Positions 18,662 through 27,453 of a stretch of DNA of 64,000 nt are shown here, piece after piece. The stretch is taken from the NCBI GenBank assembly GCA_965215505.1, contig OZ244065.1, positions 5,152,001-5,216,000 of the forward strand, in the 5' to 3' direction. This DNA comes from Capsulimonadaceae bacterium (lineage in GTDB: Bacteria; Armatimonadota; Armatimonadia; Armatimonadales; Capsulimonadaceae). Positions within the stretch are counted from its first letter, which is position 1. Each line of letters begins with the position of its first letter. The notes below the pieces were generated by a model, which saw only the letters and a program-made list of their open reading frames with translations, searched no databases and was not told where the DNA came from. The position numbers and the translations under genes were made by a program.

Positions 18662-21600
18662 TCACACCTCCGCCAGTATGTCCTTGCGCCGCGCGTCGTA
18701 CTCCTCGCGCGTGATCAAGTCCTCGTCCAGCAGCTCCTTCAGCGAAGCCAGCCGCTCCTTGAGCGTCTTGGCAGGCGGCGCGGTGGCCGTCGCCGTCTGG
18801 CCGTTTCCATTCCCGCCGCCGATGATCGCGGGCGGCTGGGCCACCGTTTGCAGCGCAGGCCCGGTCGCCATCGTCACCGTCGCCGGGGCGGACGACGTTC
18901 CGGCGTAGTTGATCTCTTCCAAATAGTCGGTCAGCACCTTGTAGTAGGCGTTGTAGAAGCCCGGCGTCCAGGCCGTCTTCTGCCGGTTCGCGTGGGCCAC
19001 CAGCCGGTCGCCCAGGCCCCGCGCGCCCTCCGCCCGCAGCCGCTCGTCAATCGCCGCCGCGATCTGCGCCTCCATCCGGCGGTCATCGCAGAGCCGCTGA
19101 ATGATGTCGCGGGCCTCCAGCGGGGGGCGGTCCGCGCTGCCCGTCTCGGCTTTGAAGCCCGCGATGGGCGTCTCGACCGTGTTGAAGCCGCCCAGGGCGT
19201 CCGACTTGGGCATCCCGAACTTGTCCACATAGCTCGCGACGAAGCGGATCTCGGTCCGCGTCCCGACGCTGGTATACCGCGACTCCTGTTCCTCAGAGAT
19301 CACCGCCGAGGCCCAGCCGACGACGAACGTCCGCCACGCCTCCCGCTGGTCCTCAAACGAGGGCGGCGCGATCCGCACCCAGTCCTTGACGTCCGTGCGG
19401 GTGTGGATCGGGTTCGCCGCCGCGCCCTGCGCCTTCACCTGGTCGTAGGCATAGCGGTAGGAATCCATACCCTGCAAGAGACGCAGCGGAAACGCCGCCC
19501 GCTCCTGCAAGAACAAGACCTGATCCGACTCGTTGGAGTTGGTGATCTGCTGGTCCTTGACGTTCTGGACGCTCTCCGTCAGCATGGACTGGAACCGCTG
19601 CTCGCTTTCGGAGCGCGGGGCCGCGCCGTGCAGGATGCCGACGATGGTCTGCTCCTTGTTCATGTTGTGCGTGTAGTTCGGCGCGTTCTCCTGCAAATGC
19701 AGGAACGGCTGCGAGAGCGACACGACGCGCCGCAAAGTCTGGGTCGTCCGGTCGGTGTCCAGGCCATACTTGGCATAGAACTTGTCCAGTACGCTCTCCT
19801 CGGCGACCGGCTTGAAGACCGCCTGCGCGTGTTCCAGGATGACCTGGCTCAGGCGCAGCAGCTCGTTGTCCTTGACCCCCCATACGTCGTTGCGCGTGCC
19901 TAGGGTCTCCAAGATGTCCGCCGTCAGGTTGTTGACGGCCGGGTTGTTCGGGTCCTGCGCGTTCCCCACATAGAAGCTATATCGGTCGTCAATGTCCCCG
20001 CCAACATACCGATCTATGCCCGTATTCGGGTCCGTCTCACGCCGACCGGGGTTGAACAGCACTTCGCCGTTCACATCCACCGGCTCCTGAACCGCATGGC
20101 GCTCGGCCTTTTCAAACCGGGACCGCAGCGACTCCATCCGCTCGACGTAGCGGTCCATCTCGGCCCGCAGCCCGGCTACCGTCTCGATCAGGCGGCTGTA
20201 GAAGGCGATGGCCGCCCCCGCCGCCTTGCGGTCCAGGGCCTCGGCGTCCAGCCGCCGCTGGGCGGCGATGTAGCCGTCCTTTGCCTCGTCTATCTCGCGC
20301 CGCTTGGCCGTCGCGATCAGGCCGAGCATGAAGTCGCCCGCGTGGCTGTTGATGCGCTGGAGCGAGTCGTCGCGCTGCTTGGTCAGCGGGAACGACCCGC
20401 CCAGCAGCTCATCCCCCTGCTTCTCCATCTGGGTGATGTAGCCCCGGAACCTTTCGGTCATCGTGTCCAGGGCCGCCGCCGCAACCGTGTGCCGGTGGTT
20501 CGGGTCATTGACGCGGGCGGAAACCCAGTCGCGCAGGGCCTTGTCTTTGGCACGGATCGTCGCGCCGAGGTTCTGCTGGATCTGGAAGACCGACTCGCCC
20601 AGGTTCGCCCGCCGCTTCGCCATCAGGTCCGGGTTCGGGTCCGTGTCGGCCATCCGCGCCTCGGCCTCTTTCTGACGCGCCAGCAGGTACTCCACGACCC
20701 GCCCGTGTCCGGGATAGGCCGTCAAGTATTGCCGGTCCACGGCCTGCCAGTAGGCCATCGCGCCGTCGCGCAGCGTCTCGCCCGTCTCGGAGTTGCCCAG
20801 CAAGACCTGACGCTGGACCGCCTCGGGCGTCAGACCCAGCCGCCCCAGCTCCTGGTCGGTGAAGGCCCCCAGATTGACCGTCCGCTCCAGCGGCGTCGTC
20901 CAGCGGCGGACGATGTCGCCCGCCAGCCGGTTCGAGCAGGCCGCCATGACCTTGTCCTTGGGGAACTGGATCGCCGACAGCCCGAAGCCCATGTAGTTCT
21001 GCGGGCAGCCCAATCCGTCCGTCGTGATGAGGAACTGGTCAAAGTTATTCCGGTTGGACTTCTTCTGACGCTGGAATTCGGAGGTCAGGTCCAGGAAGAT
21101 CGAATGCCCGATCATCTCCACTAGGTCTTTGACCGAGTCCAATTGGGCGGCAGGCGACGACGTATCCGCTAGGTAGGTGTACCGGAACGGCGGGTCGGCG
21201 CTCTCCATAACCGGGATGTCCGCCTGATACTGCGCCGTGAACGTCGTCGTCGCGTCCGTATAATGGTTTAGCTCCAAGAGCGCCGCGTAGGCGTTGGGCC
21301 GGTTGTCCACGGCCACCGCCTCGGAGTTCGGCGGGATGGAGAACATGCCGACCGTTTCCAGCATCCTCTGCGTCTTGAACTTGTTGCGGACGGTGTAGGC
21401 CAGGTCCAAGAACATCCCCGAGCCGGTCCCGCCGAGCAGGGACCCGACGATGTAGACCGTGATGCCCTCGCCGACCTGCAAGCCGTTCCGAATCGCCGTC
21501 TCTTTGCTGGAGTCCTTGGTGATCTGGAGCATCTGCTCTTCCAGCCGCCGCGCGATCTGGTTGTAGTTCCAGAAGTAGGCCAGCCGCCCGCGCGCCCGGA

Positions 21601-22030
21601 CCGCGCCCGCGCCCTGGTCAATGTCGCCGGTCAGGACGCGCGGGTCCAGCCACGTCCGCAGGTGGGGATGCTCGCGCAGGTTCTTCCGCAGCGAATCCAC
21701 GCCATGCACGGAGGTGTGTATCTTGTCCGCGTTGTCTAAATTAACCGCGTCGTCATAGTCCGGGTTCTTGGCGAAGATCACCTGGTCGGTGTCCAGCAGC
21801 AAAAACGAGACGATGGGCAGCTTGTCCAGCGACCCGTACTTCTCGGTCAGCCGCTTGCGGACATCCAAAAGAATCTGGTGCCCCGTCCCGCCGACCCCGA
21901 CGATGAGCGACCGCGAGACCCCCCGCAGCCGCCCGTCCTCCGCCTGCGGCCCCGCCGTGGAGGCCGGTGCAGCGGGCGTGTTGATCGCGTTCACGATCGC
22001 ATCTGTGATAGGTTGTGTGTTATCTGCCAT
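18662..22030 (-). CDS. Tubulin/FtsZ-like GTPase (Tubulin_2/FtsZl1-type) with long helical region and C-terminal SHOCT domain
   Basis: LIVGVGGTG, GAGAVRARGR, GSLLGGTGSG, PNAYAALLEL; coiled coils; C-term LKERLASLKELLDEDLITREEYDARRKDIL. Confidence 0.88.
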   Translation of the reverse strand: MADNTQPITDAIVNAINTPAAPASTAGPQAEDGRLRGVSRSLIVGVGGTGHQILLDVRKRLTEKYGSLDKLPIVSFLLLDTDQVIFAKNPDYDDAVNLDNADKIHTSVHGVDSLRKNLREHPHLRTWLDPRVLTGDIDQGAGAVRARGRLAYFWNYNQIARRLEEQMLQITKDSSKETAIRNGLQVGEGITVYIVGSLLGGTGSGMFLDLAYTVRNKFKTQRMLETVGMFSIPPNSEAVAVDNRPNAYAALLELNHYTDATTTFTAQYQADIPVMESADPPFRYTYLADTSSPAAQLDSVKDLVEMIGHSIFLDLTSEFQRQKKSNRNNFDQFLITTDGLGCPQNYMGFGLSAIQFPKDKVMAACSNRLAGDIVRRWTTPLERTVNLGAFTDQELGRLGLTPEAVQRQVLLGNSETGETLRDGAMAYWQAVDRQYLTAYPGHGRVVEYLLARQKEAEARMADTDPNPDLMAKRRANLGESVFQIQQNLGATIRAKDKALRDWVSARVNDPNHRHTVAAAALDTMTERFRGYITQMEKQGDELLGGSFPLTKQRDDSLQRINSHAGDFMLGLIATAKRREIDEAKDGYIAAQRRLDAEALDRKAAGAAIAFYSRLIETVAGLRAEMDRYVERMESLRSRFEKAERHAVQEPVDVNGEVLFNPGRRETDPNTGIDRYVGGDIDDRYSFYVGNAQDPNNPAVNNLTADILETLGTRNDVWGVKDNELLRLSQVILEHAQAVFKPVAEESVLDKFYAKYGLDTDRTTQTLRRVVSLSQPFLHLQENAPNYTHNMNKEQTIVGILHGAAPRSESEQRFQSMLTESVQNVKDQQITNSNESDQVLFLQERAAFPLRLLQGMDSYRYAYDQVKAQGAAANPIHTRTDVKDWVRIAPPSFEDQREAWRTFVVGWASAVISEEQESRYTSVGTRTEIRFVASYVDKFGMPKSDALGGFNTVETPIAGFKAETGSADRPPLEARDIIQRLCDDRRMEAQIAAAIDERLRAEGARGLGDRLVAHANRQKTAWTPGFYNAYYKVLTDYLEEINYAGTSSAPATVTMATGPALQTVAQPPAIIGGGNGNGQTATATAPPAKTLKERLASLKELLDEDLITREEYDARRKDILAEV

Positions 22031-22075
22031 GTGTGTTGTTTACAGGAAACATAGTTCGGTGCTTATGCACCGGGT

Positions 22076-23146
22076 TCATCTCGGCGTCCAGCGCCGTTCT
22101 TCTCTTGCTTTCTCCGCTGCTCTGTTCGAGTAATTACCGACAATTTGGCGCAGCGTCTCATTCTGAGTACGCCATTTCGTCTGCCCGGCGTTCACGGCGT
22201 AAAGGGGGATGATCCGCCGCAGGCGCTCGATGTCGGTCAACGTCGCCACGAAATCCCACTCGCCCCCTGCGGTTACGATAACTGAGCGGAGGCCCTTCTG
22301 GTACAGATCGGTGATCTGATCCCAGGCTATCAGCACACGCTCAGGCCCATTGATGAATGTCAGCCCCTCGGCGTCCACTCGAATCTTCTGCTTTAGCCGC
22401 CGGTGTGTCTCCTGATACGTTGAACGGATCAAGAGCGGCAGGACCTGCTTGCCCACAAAGAACAGTCCCGTTGGGGTCAGCAGCCAGCCCCAGCCGGGCA
22501 GCGTGTGCGTCGTTTCCCAGCGCCACCCGAAGTAGACGACAGCCGCCGCCAGACCGATCTGGTGCCACTGACGCAGCCACGGCAGCGTGTGACGGTTCAG
22601 GATCGTGTCGTAGTGGAACACCAGGGGCCAGTCCGAGGGGCGCTCACCCCGGACGCCCCACGCGCCGCCCCAATAGGCTGGCTTTGCCGCCACCGCGCGC
22701 TGCCGGATAAAAGCCCGCAGTTTGGCCTCGTTCGACCAGCGGCCCGTCCCCATTCGGAGTTGCCCGGCCTGCGTCTCGACATAGCTCCCTTCACTGGCTC
22801 GGTTTCCGTTGGGCGACGGAAGGCGGTCATAATAATCACGGACACCTTCCCAGGGTGTAGACCGCCAGCGCCAGCCGTACCGCCAGCGGAGTCCTGCCTC
22901 GTCCGCGATAATATCTGCCCGCAAGCGGATCAAAAGAATCCCAGACATGAGCAGCAAGAAAAGGCCACTGTGCAGCGCAAACGGGGAGAACGCCGTAAGG
23001 GTGTTAGCACCGGGAGGGACCAAGAAGGACGACAGGCACAGCACACCGCTCAGCAAAAATGAAATCCAGAGGCCCGGCCTTGCCCCAGACCATTCGCACC
23101 GTACCTCGGTTTCACCCGCCCCTGGATTATATGGGGAGATGTCCAT
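22076..23146 (-). CDS. Membrane protein with two (2TM + bacterial PH-like) repeats
   Basis: IIADEAGLRWR...PWEGVRDY and IRVDAEGLTF...IAWDQITDL each follow TM pairs; RBS GAAGG; lower GC than neighbours. Confidence 0.65.
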   Translation of the reverse strand: MDISPYNPGAGETEVRCEWSGARPGLWISFLLSGVLCLSSFLVPPGANTLTAFSPFALHSGLFLLLMSGILLIRLRADIIADEAGLRWRYGWRWRSTPWEGVRDYYDRLPSPNGNRASEGSYVETQAGQLRMGTGRWSNEAKLRAFIRQRAVAAKPAYWGGAWGVRGERPSDWPLVFHYDTILNRHTLPWLRQWHQIGLAAAVVYFGWRWETTHTLPGWGWLLTPTGLFFVGKQVLPLLIRSTYQETHRRLKQKIRVDAEGLTFINGPERVLIAWDQITDLYQKGLRSVIVTAGGEWDFVATLTDIERLRRIIPLYAVNAGQTKWRTQNETLRQIVGNYSNRAAEKAREERRWTPR

Positions 23147-23167
23147 AAATCACCCTTCGATAGTGTT

Positions 23168-23452
23168 TTATCTGTCCCGAAGCGTAAGCATGAAACCCAG
23201 CGCAAACAGCCCGACGATCCCCATCTGTGCCAATAAGATGGTCACATCCACCGGCGCGGGGACGCTCCCCGTCAGGCCGGAGGCCAGCGCCATCAGGCCC
23301 GGCGCATCCTTACTGACCAGGTCCGGCGGCGACAGCAGGGACCGGTACAAGACCGGGTGACTCGTCCCCTGTGTCAGATACGGCGGAAACAGCAGCATCA
23401 GTGCCGCGATAATGATGGCGGCCCACAAGACCGCCAACTGCCTCCCGTTCAT
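23168..23452 (-). CDS. Small two-TM membrane protein (94 aa)
   Basis: C-terminal part of ORF 23168..24316 from MNGRQLAVLW; ATGA overlap with upstream stop; LFPP after TM1. Confidence 0.65.
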   Translation of the reverse strand: MNGRQLAVLWAAIIIAALMLLFPPYLTQGTSHPVLYRSLLSPPDLVSKDAPGLMALASGLTGSVPAPVDVTILLAQMGIVGLFALGFMLTLRDR

Positions 23453-24345
23453 GCCGCCCCTCCCCCGACCCGGCGACGCAGCGTTTGTTCCTCGATCCCT
23501 TCCGCCTGCGCCGGCACGTCCCCGCCAACCGTGGGCCGGCTCAGGATCGTGTCCACCTCGGCCCGCGCGACCGTCACGGCGTTCGCCTCCAGTGCGACCC
23601 GGTGGATGCTGGCGGCCAGCCCGGAGAGTTCTGGTACGGACTGACGCCCGCCCACCTGGAGCGCGGTGAGGCTGGTCTGGAGGGCGCGGACCTGCTCCCC
23701 GACCTCCTCCCGCAAGGCGCCGTTGCGGCGCAGCAGGAGCAGCGTCCGGGCGGTGGTGTCCGAGCGCCGCAGCAGCGACTCGGCGCGGCGTCGCAGGCTG
23801 GCCGCGATGACCGAGTCGGTCTCGGATTGTGCCCGGAGCGCCTGCATCTCGGCCTCGGCCCGCAATGCCGCCGGGTCGTCCGTCATGACCTTCTGCTCGG
23901 GCGGCAGCGCCTCCACCGCCGTTCCCAGGGCCGTGATCGCTTCCCGGACCTCCCTGTCCGCCGTCTCGTCCTTCGTCGCCGGCAGGCTCACGACGGAACA
24001 GGCCAGTTCGAGGTAGCTCTTGACCAGCGCGTCCTGCGCCCGCTGCCGAACGCATTGCAGCTCGTAGGCCGAAACCGGTTTCTGCCCGCCTTCGTCTGTG
24101 CCGCGCGCCCGCAGTGTAAGGAGCCCGTACCAGGCGAAGCAGAGGACGGCGATGATTGCCGGCGTGGCGGCGATCGCCGGGACTTGTATCGCCTCGAAAA
24201 AGCCTGCGACGGCGAGGCAGCCAAGCCCCCACTTGCCCACGGCGCTGGGCTTTGCGCTCTCCTCGGGCTGAAGGGACGCCTGGGAACGCTCCTGCTGTAT
24301 CTCCCGGTCGATCCACTCCCCCAGATTACGCGGGTAAAGGTCCAT
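23449..24345 (-). CDS. Two-TM coiled-coil protein, paralogue B
   Basis: Start MDLYP; shares YLEL, REAI.ALG.A.E.LPP, E.D.V.AASL.RR.E.L, LLRRN.ALREE...Q..AL.TSL, PEL.G.AA.I.RVA.EANAVT.AR.EVDT.LSR with the upstream gene. Confidence 0.8.
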   Translation of the reverse strand: MDLYPRNLGEWIDREIQQERSQASLQPEESAKPSAVGKWGLGCLAVAGFFEAIQVPAIAATPAIIAVLCFAWYGLLTLRARGTDEGGQKPVSAYELQCVRQRAQDALVKSYLELACSVVSLPATKDETADREVREAITALGTAVEALPPEQKVMTDDPAALRAEAEMQALRAQSETDSVIAASLRRRAESLLRRSDTTARTLLLLRRNGALREEVGEQVRALQTSLTALQVGGRQSVPELSGLAASIHRVALEANAVTVARAEVDTILSRPTVGGDVPAQAEGIEEQTLRRRVGGGAA

Positions 24346-24346
24346 G

Positions 24347-25360
24347 TCAGAGCGCATCCCCGTTCAGACCTAGCCGCCGCTGCCGCACTTCTTCCTCCGC
24401 CGCCGGAACGCCCGCGCGGGTCCGGCTCAACAGCGTATCCACCTCGACGCGAGCGGCGGTGACGGCGTTGGCCTCGGAAGCAACGCGGCGGATGCGGGCG
24501 GCGACGCCCGCGAGTTCCGGCCCGCTGTCGTCCCCGTCCAATCCGGCGGCGGCGAGACTCGTCCGCAGTGCGCCGATCTGGTCCGCCAGTTCCTCGCGAA
24601 GTGCCAGGTTGCGCCGCAGGAGGAACCGGACGCGCGCGACCGTTTCGGCCTGCCCCCGCAGGGCCTCGACGCGGCGGCCCAGGCTGGCCGCCACCACGGG
24701 GTCACTCTCCCCCGTCGCCTCCGAGGCCAGGCGGTCGGCGGCGGCTTGCAGCTTAACGTGGCTGTCCGGGACCCCCTCCAGCGTTTGAGGCGGCAGGGAC
24801 TCGATGGCCCCGCCCAGGGCGCGGATCGCCTCCCGCGCGCTCCGCGCGCTGTCCTCCCGGCTCGTCGCCAGCGGGGCGAGGTGCATCGCCGCCCAGACCA
24901 GTTCCAGGTACATCCCCAGCAGCGGGTCGTCCCCGCCTTGCCGCAGCAGGGCGTTCTGGAGCTGCGTGACTTCCGGCTCGGTCAGGCGCGCGTAGGGGCT
25001 GGCCTGCGGTTCGGCAAAGCCGCGCTGCACGGTCGGTATCGCGCGCGTCCATCCGCTCCGCTTCTGCCGCACTATGGCCGCCACGATTAAGCAGAAGAAG
25101 AGCGCCATCAAGAAGGAGCAGTGGAATACGATCTGCGTCGCCCAGGCTGCGAAGACGCTGCCGATGAGGTAGAACCAGGCGGTGGTTGCCCTCTGCTTCA
25201 GCGTCTCGACGCGGCCCGAGGGGGATATGGACGGGCCTGACGCCCACTCAGCCCCGCCTTTGTCGGCGCGCGACTGCCGGTGTTCCAGCACCTGCCGGCA
25301 GTGACGCGGCCCCAAATCCTCCGGGTAGATGTCCACGGCGCACCCTTCCCACAGCGACAT
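24347..25360 (-). CDS. Two-TM coiled-coil protein, paralogue A
   Basis: TGATG overlap at 25360 (alternative GTG 25336, VDIYP); clear paralogy with 23449-24345. Confidence 0.78.
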   Translation of the reverse strand: MSLWEGCAVDIYPEDLGPRHCRQVLEHRQSRADKGGAEWASGPSISPSGRVETLKQRATTAWFYLIGSVFAAWATQIVFHCSFLMALFFCLIVAAIVRQKRSGWTRAIPTVQRGFAEPQASPYARLTEPEVTQLQNALLRQGGDDPLLGMYLELVWAAMHLAPLATSREDSARSAREAIRALGGAIESLPPQTLEGVPDSHVKLQAAADRLASEATGESDPVVAASLGRRVEALRGQAETVARVRFLLRRNLALREELADQIGALRTSLAAAGLDGDDSGPELAGVAARIRRVASEANAVTAARVEVDTLLSRTRAGVPAAEEEVRQRRLGLNGDAL

Positions 25361-26052
25361 CACACCGCCCGGCGGCGGCTGAACAGGCCGACGAGGACGG
25401 CCAGGACCAGGACGCCGCCCAGGGCCACACTCAGCCAGCGCACATAGTCCGCGCTGTTGAGCAGCAGGACGCACAGGACCAGGCCGACATAGGCGACCAG
25501 CCCGATCAGCAGGGCGACCCGCGCCGCTGCCGCCGCGTCGCCGCGCTGGTTCAGGCCGCGCGTCGCCGTGTAGGAGACGAACGGCAGCAGCAGCAGGCAG
25601 ATGAGCAGGCCGACGCCCAGCACGATGTAGCGCGTGACCGGGCTTGCGACGACGAACTGGAAGTCGTTCTCCGGCGTGGCGGGGAAACGGACGCCGCCGA
25701 TGTCTCCGGCCTGCGCCTCGAAATGGTAGCGGTACTCGCCGCTCTCCGTCGGCGAGTAGGGCCAGGTGGCCGCGACGCCCGTCGCCGGGTCGCCCGCCGA
25801 CGCCTTGCCCGGCACGGTGACCGTCTCGCCGTTCGGGGTCAGCACGACCATGGACAGCTTCGTCGGCGGGTCGCCGGTGTATTTCAGGGAGAGCGCCATC
25901 AGCTCATTGAGTTTTACCTCGGTCGGCAGGGAATGGGAGTCGTTCAGCTCCAGCTTCGGCGGGGCGGCGATGGCCCCGGCGGCGAGGAGGCAGAGCAGGC
26001 TGAGGGCCAGGATGATTCGGGTGAAAACGGTTTGACGGAAGACGGGTTTCAA
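25360..26052 (-). CDS. Signal peptide + Ig-like beta domain + three-TM membrane protein
   Basis: RBS GAGGAGG, TTG start; GEYRYHFEA strand; three C-terminal TM helices. Confidence 0.75.
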   Translation of the reverse strand: MKPVFRQTVFTRIILALSLLCLLAAGAIAAPPKLELNDSHSLPTEVKLNELMALSLKYTGDPPTKLSMVVLTPNGETVTVPGKASAGDPATGVAATWPYSPTESGEYRYHFEAQAGDIGGVRFPATPENDFQFVVASPVTRYIVLGVGLLICLLLLPFVSYTATRGLNQRGDAAAAARVALLIGLVAYVGLVLCVLLLNSADYVRWLSVALGGVLVLAVLVGLFSRRRAV

Positions 26053-26224
26053 GGGCGCGTGGCCTCCTCGGCGGGGCAGGTTAGAGACGACACCACGGCA
26101 TTCAGGCGGTGCCCCTTGTCTCTACGGATGCTTCCCGATTATTGTGACACATAACGTGAAAAAAGGTTGCAACGGTTCGCGGGGGCGCAAGCGACCGGCA
26201 TTGGAAATGCCGGTTCCCTTCGGT

Positions 26225-27418
26225 CTAGAACACCCGCCCGTGCGGGTCTTCCACGCGGATGCGGTGTTCGCGCTCACCTTCCGACGTGCTGGCCGGGACG
26301 GCAACCCGCAGATCGTCGCCGACGCGCAGGGGGGCGGGCTGTTTCAGGGCGACGCCATTGTGGAAGAGGGCAGGGGAGGGAACGCCCTCGCTCGGGGGGG
26401 CGGGCGTCAGCGTCGCGCCGCCGCGCTCAGCCTGGATGAAGGCGACGGGGGCGGCGACCCCGGCGAGCGGGAATGTGTCCGCGCTGCCCGACGCCATGCC
26501 GGCCGACCCGCCCAGGGCAAGCCGTGTGCCGGGCAGGAGGCGGAAGTCGCGCGGCAGGCCTCGGTCGCCGAGCTTCAGCCGCAGGGGATACGGCTTGCGG
26601 CGCGTCAGGAACCAGAAGAGCAGGCCGAGCAGCAGGGCGGCGAGGGCCGCGCCGAGGATCAGCGGCAGGAGCGAACCGCGCCCGCCCATGCCGGTGGGGG
26701 CGAGGATGGTGGGCGTCTCGGTCGTCGCGGTCGCGTCGGTGTCGCCCTGTCCCGGCCCGACCGGGAGGCGCTCGATGGGTCGGCCGTCGGGCGCGATGCC
26801 GACCCCGACCCCGTACTGATGCAGGCAGCCCTTCGCCGTCAGGGTCCGCAGCAGGCGCTCATAATCGCGGTTCTCGGGCGTCTTCGGGTAGACGGTCAGG
26901 CCCTTGAGCGTGTAGTAGGCCAGATACTTAGGGTAGTTCGGGTCGGCGAGGTCCGGCCGGTCGTTGAACGAGTCGGTCAGCAGAACGACCACGGCGGGGC
27001 AGGCGTCCTCGCGGGAGATCAGCTTCAAAGCCTCGTGGTGCGGCAGGCGGATGTTGGTGCCGTGGCCGGGCGCGGGTGCGGGCGGGATCTGGTCGATCAG
27101 CGGGTCCACGTCGGCGGCGGACGTCAGGGTTTTGTCGAAGACGGTCTTGTACCCCGTCCCGAAGGGGAGGAGGATGACGCGGTCGCCGACCGAACAGCCC
27201 TGGCGGAGCAGCGTGGCCGTGGCCGCGCGCTCCTCAGTGAAGACGCCGCCGTGCCGTGTGCTTTCGGTCACGTCGAAAACGAAGATGACGGTTTTGGCCT
27301 TCAGCGGCTTGATCCGCGCGGCGATGGCCGCCGGGGAGAGAGGTGCCGTGGCGTCCTGGGCGAGCGCCGGGACGAGCAGGCAGAAGAAGAGGGCAAGAGC
27401 GGGGAGAGATGGTTTCAT
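26225..27418 (-). CDS. Exported vWA domain + TM + cytoplasmic FHA-like domain protein
   Basis: Signal peptide; VIFVFDVTES (MIDAS-like), GTNI, VVLLTD; TM LILGAALAALLLGLLFWF; C-term LFHNGV.L..P.PLRVGD. Confidence 0.8.
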   Translation of the reverse strand: MKPSLPALALFFCLLVPALAQDATAPLSPAAIAARIKPLKAKTVIFVFDVTESTRHGGVFTEERAATATLLRQGCSVGDRVILLPFGTGYKTVFDKTLTSAADVDPLIDQIPPAPAPGHGTNIRLPHHEALKLISREDACPAVVVLLTDSFNDRPDLADPNYPKYLAYYTLKGLTVYPKTPENRDYERLLRTLTAKGCLHQYGVGVGIAPDGRPIERLPVGPGQGDTDATATTETPTILAPTGMGGRGSLLPLILGAALAALLLGLLFWFLTRRKPYPLRLKLGDRGLPRDFRLLPGTRLALGGSAGMASGSADTFPLAGVAAPVAFIQAERGGATLTPAPPSEGVPSPALFHNGVALKQPAPLRVGDDLRVAVPASTSEGEREHRIRVEDPHGRVF

Positions 27419-27453
27419 GGGGCCTCAGAAGTCGGCGTCAGTGGTGTGCGGCG

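Noticed and set aside
18662-22030. Calling the GTPase ftsZ, btubA/B or tubZ
   Set aside because: 1122 aa with Tubulin_2-type motifs; no division or partition genes nearby
23453-24316. N-terminal 288 aa of ORF 23168..24316
   Set aside because: Out-of-frame overlap with paralogue B; only the part from 23452 looks coding
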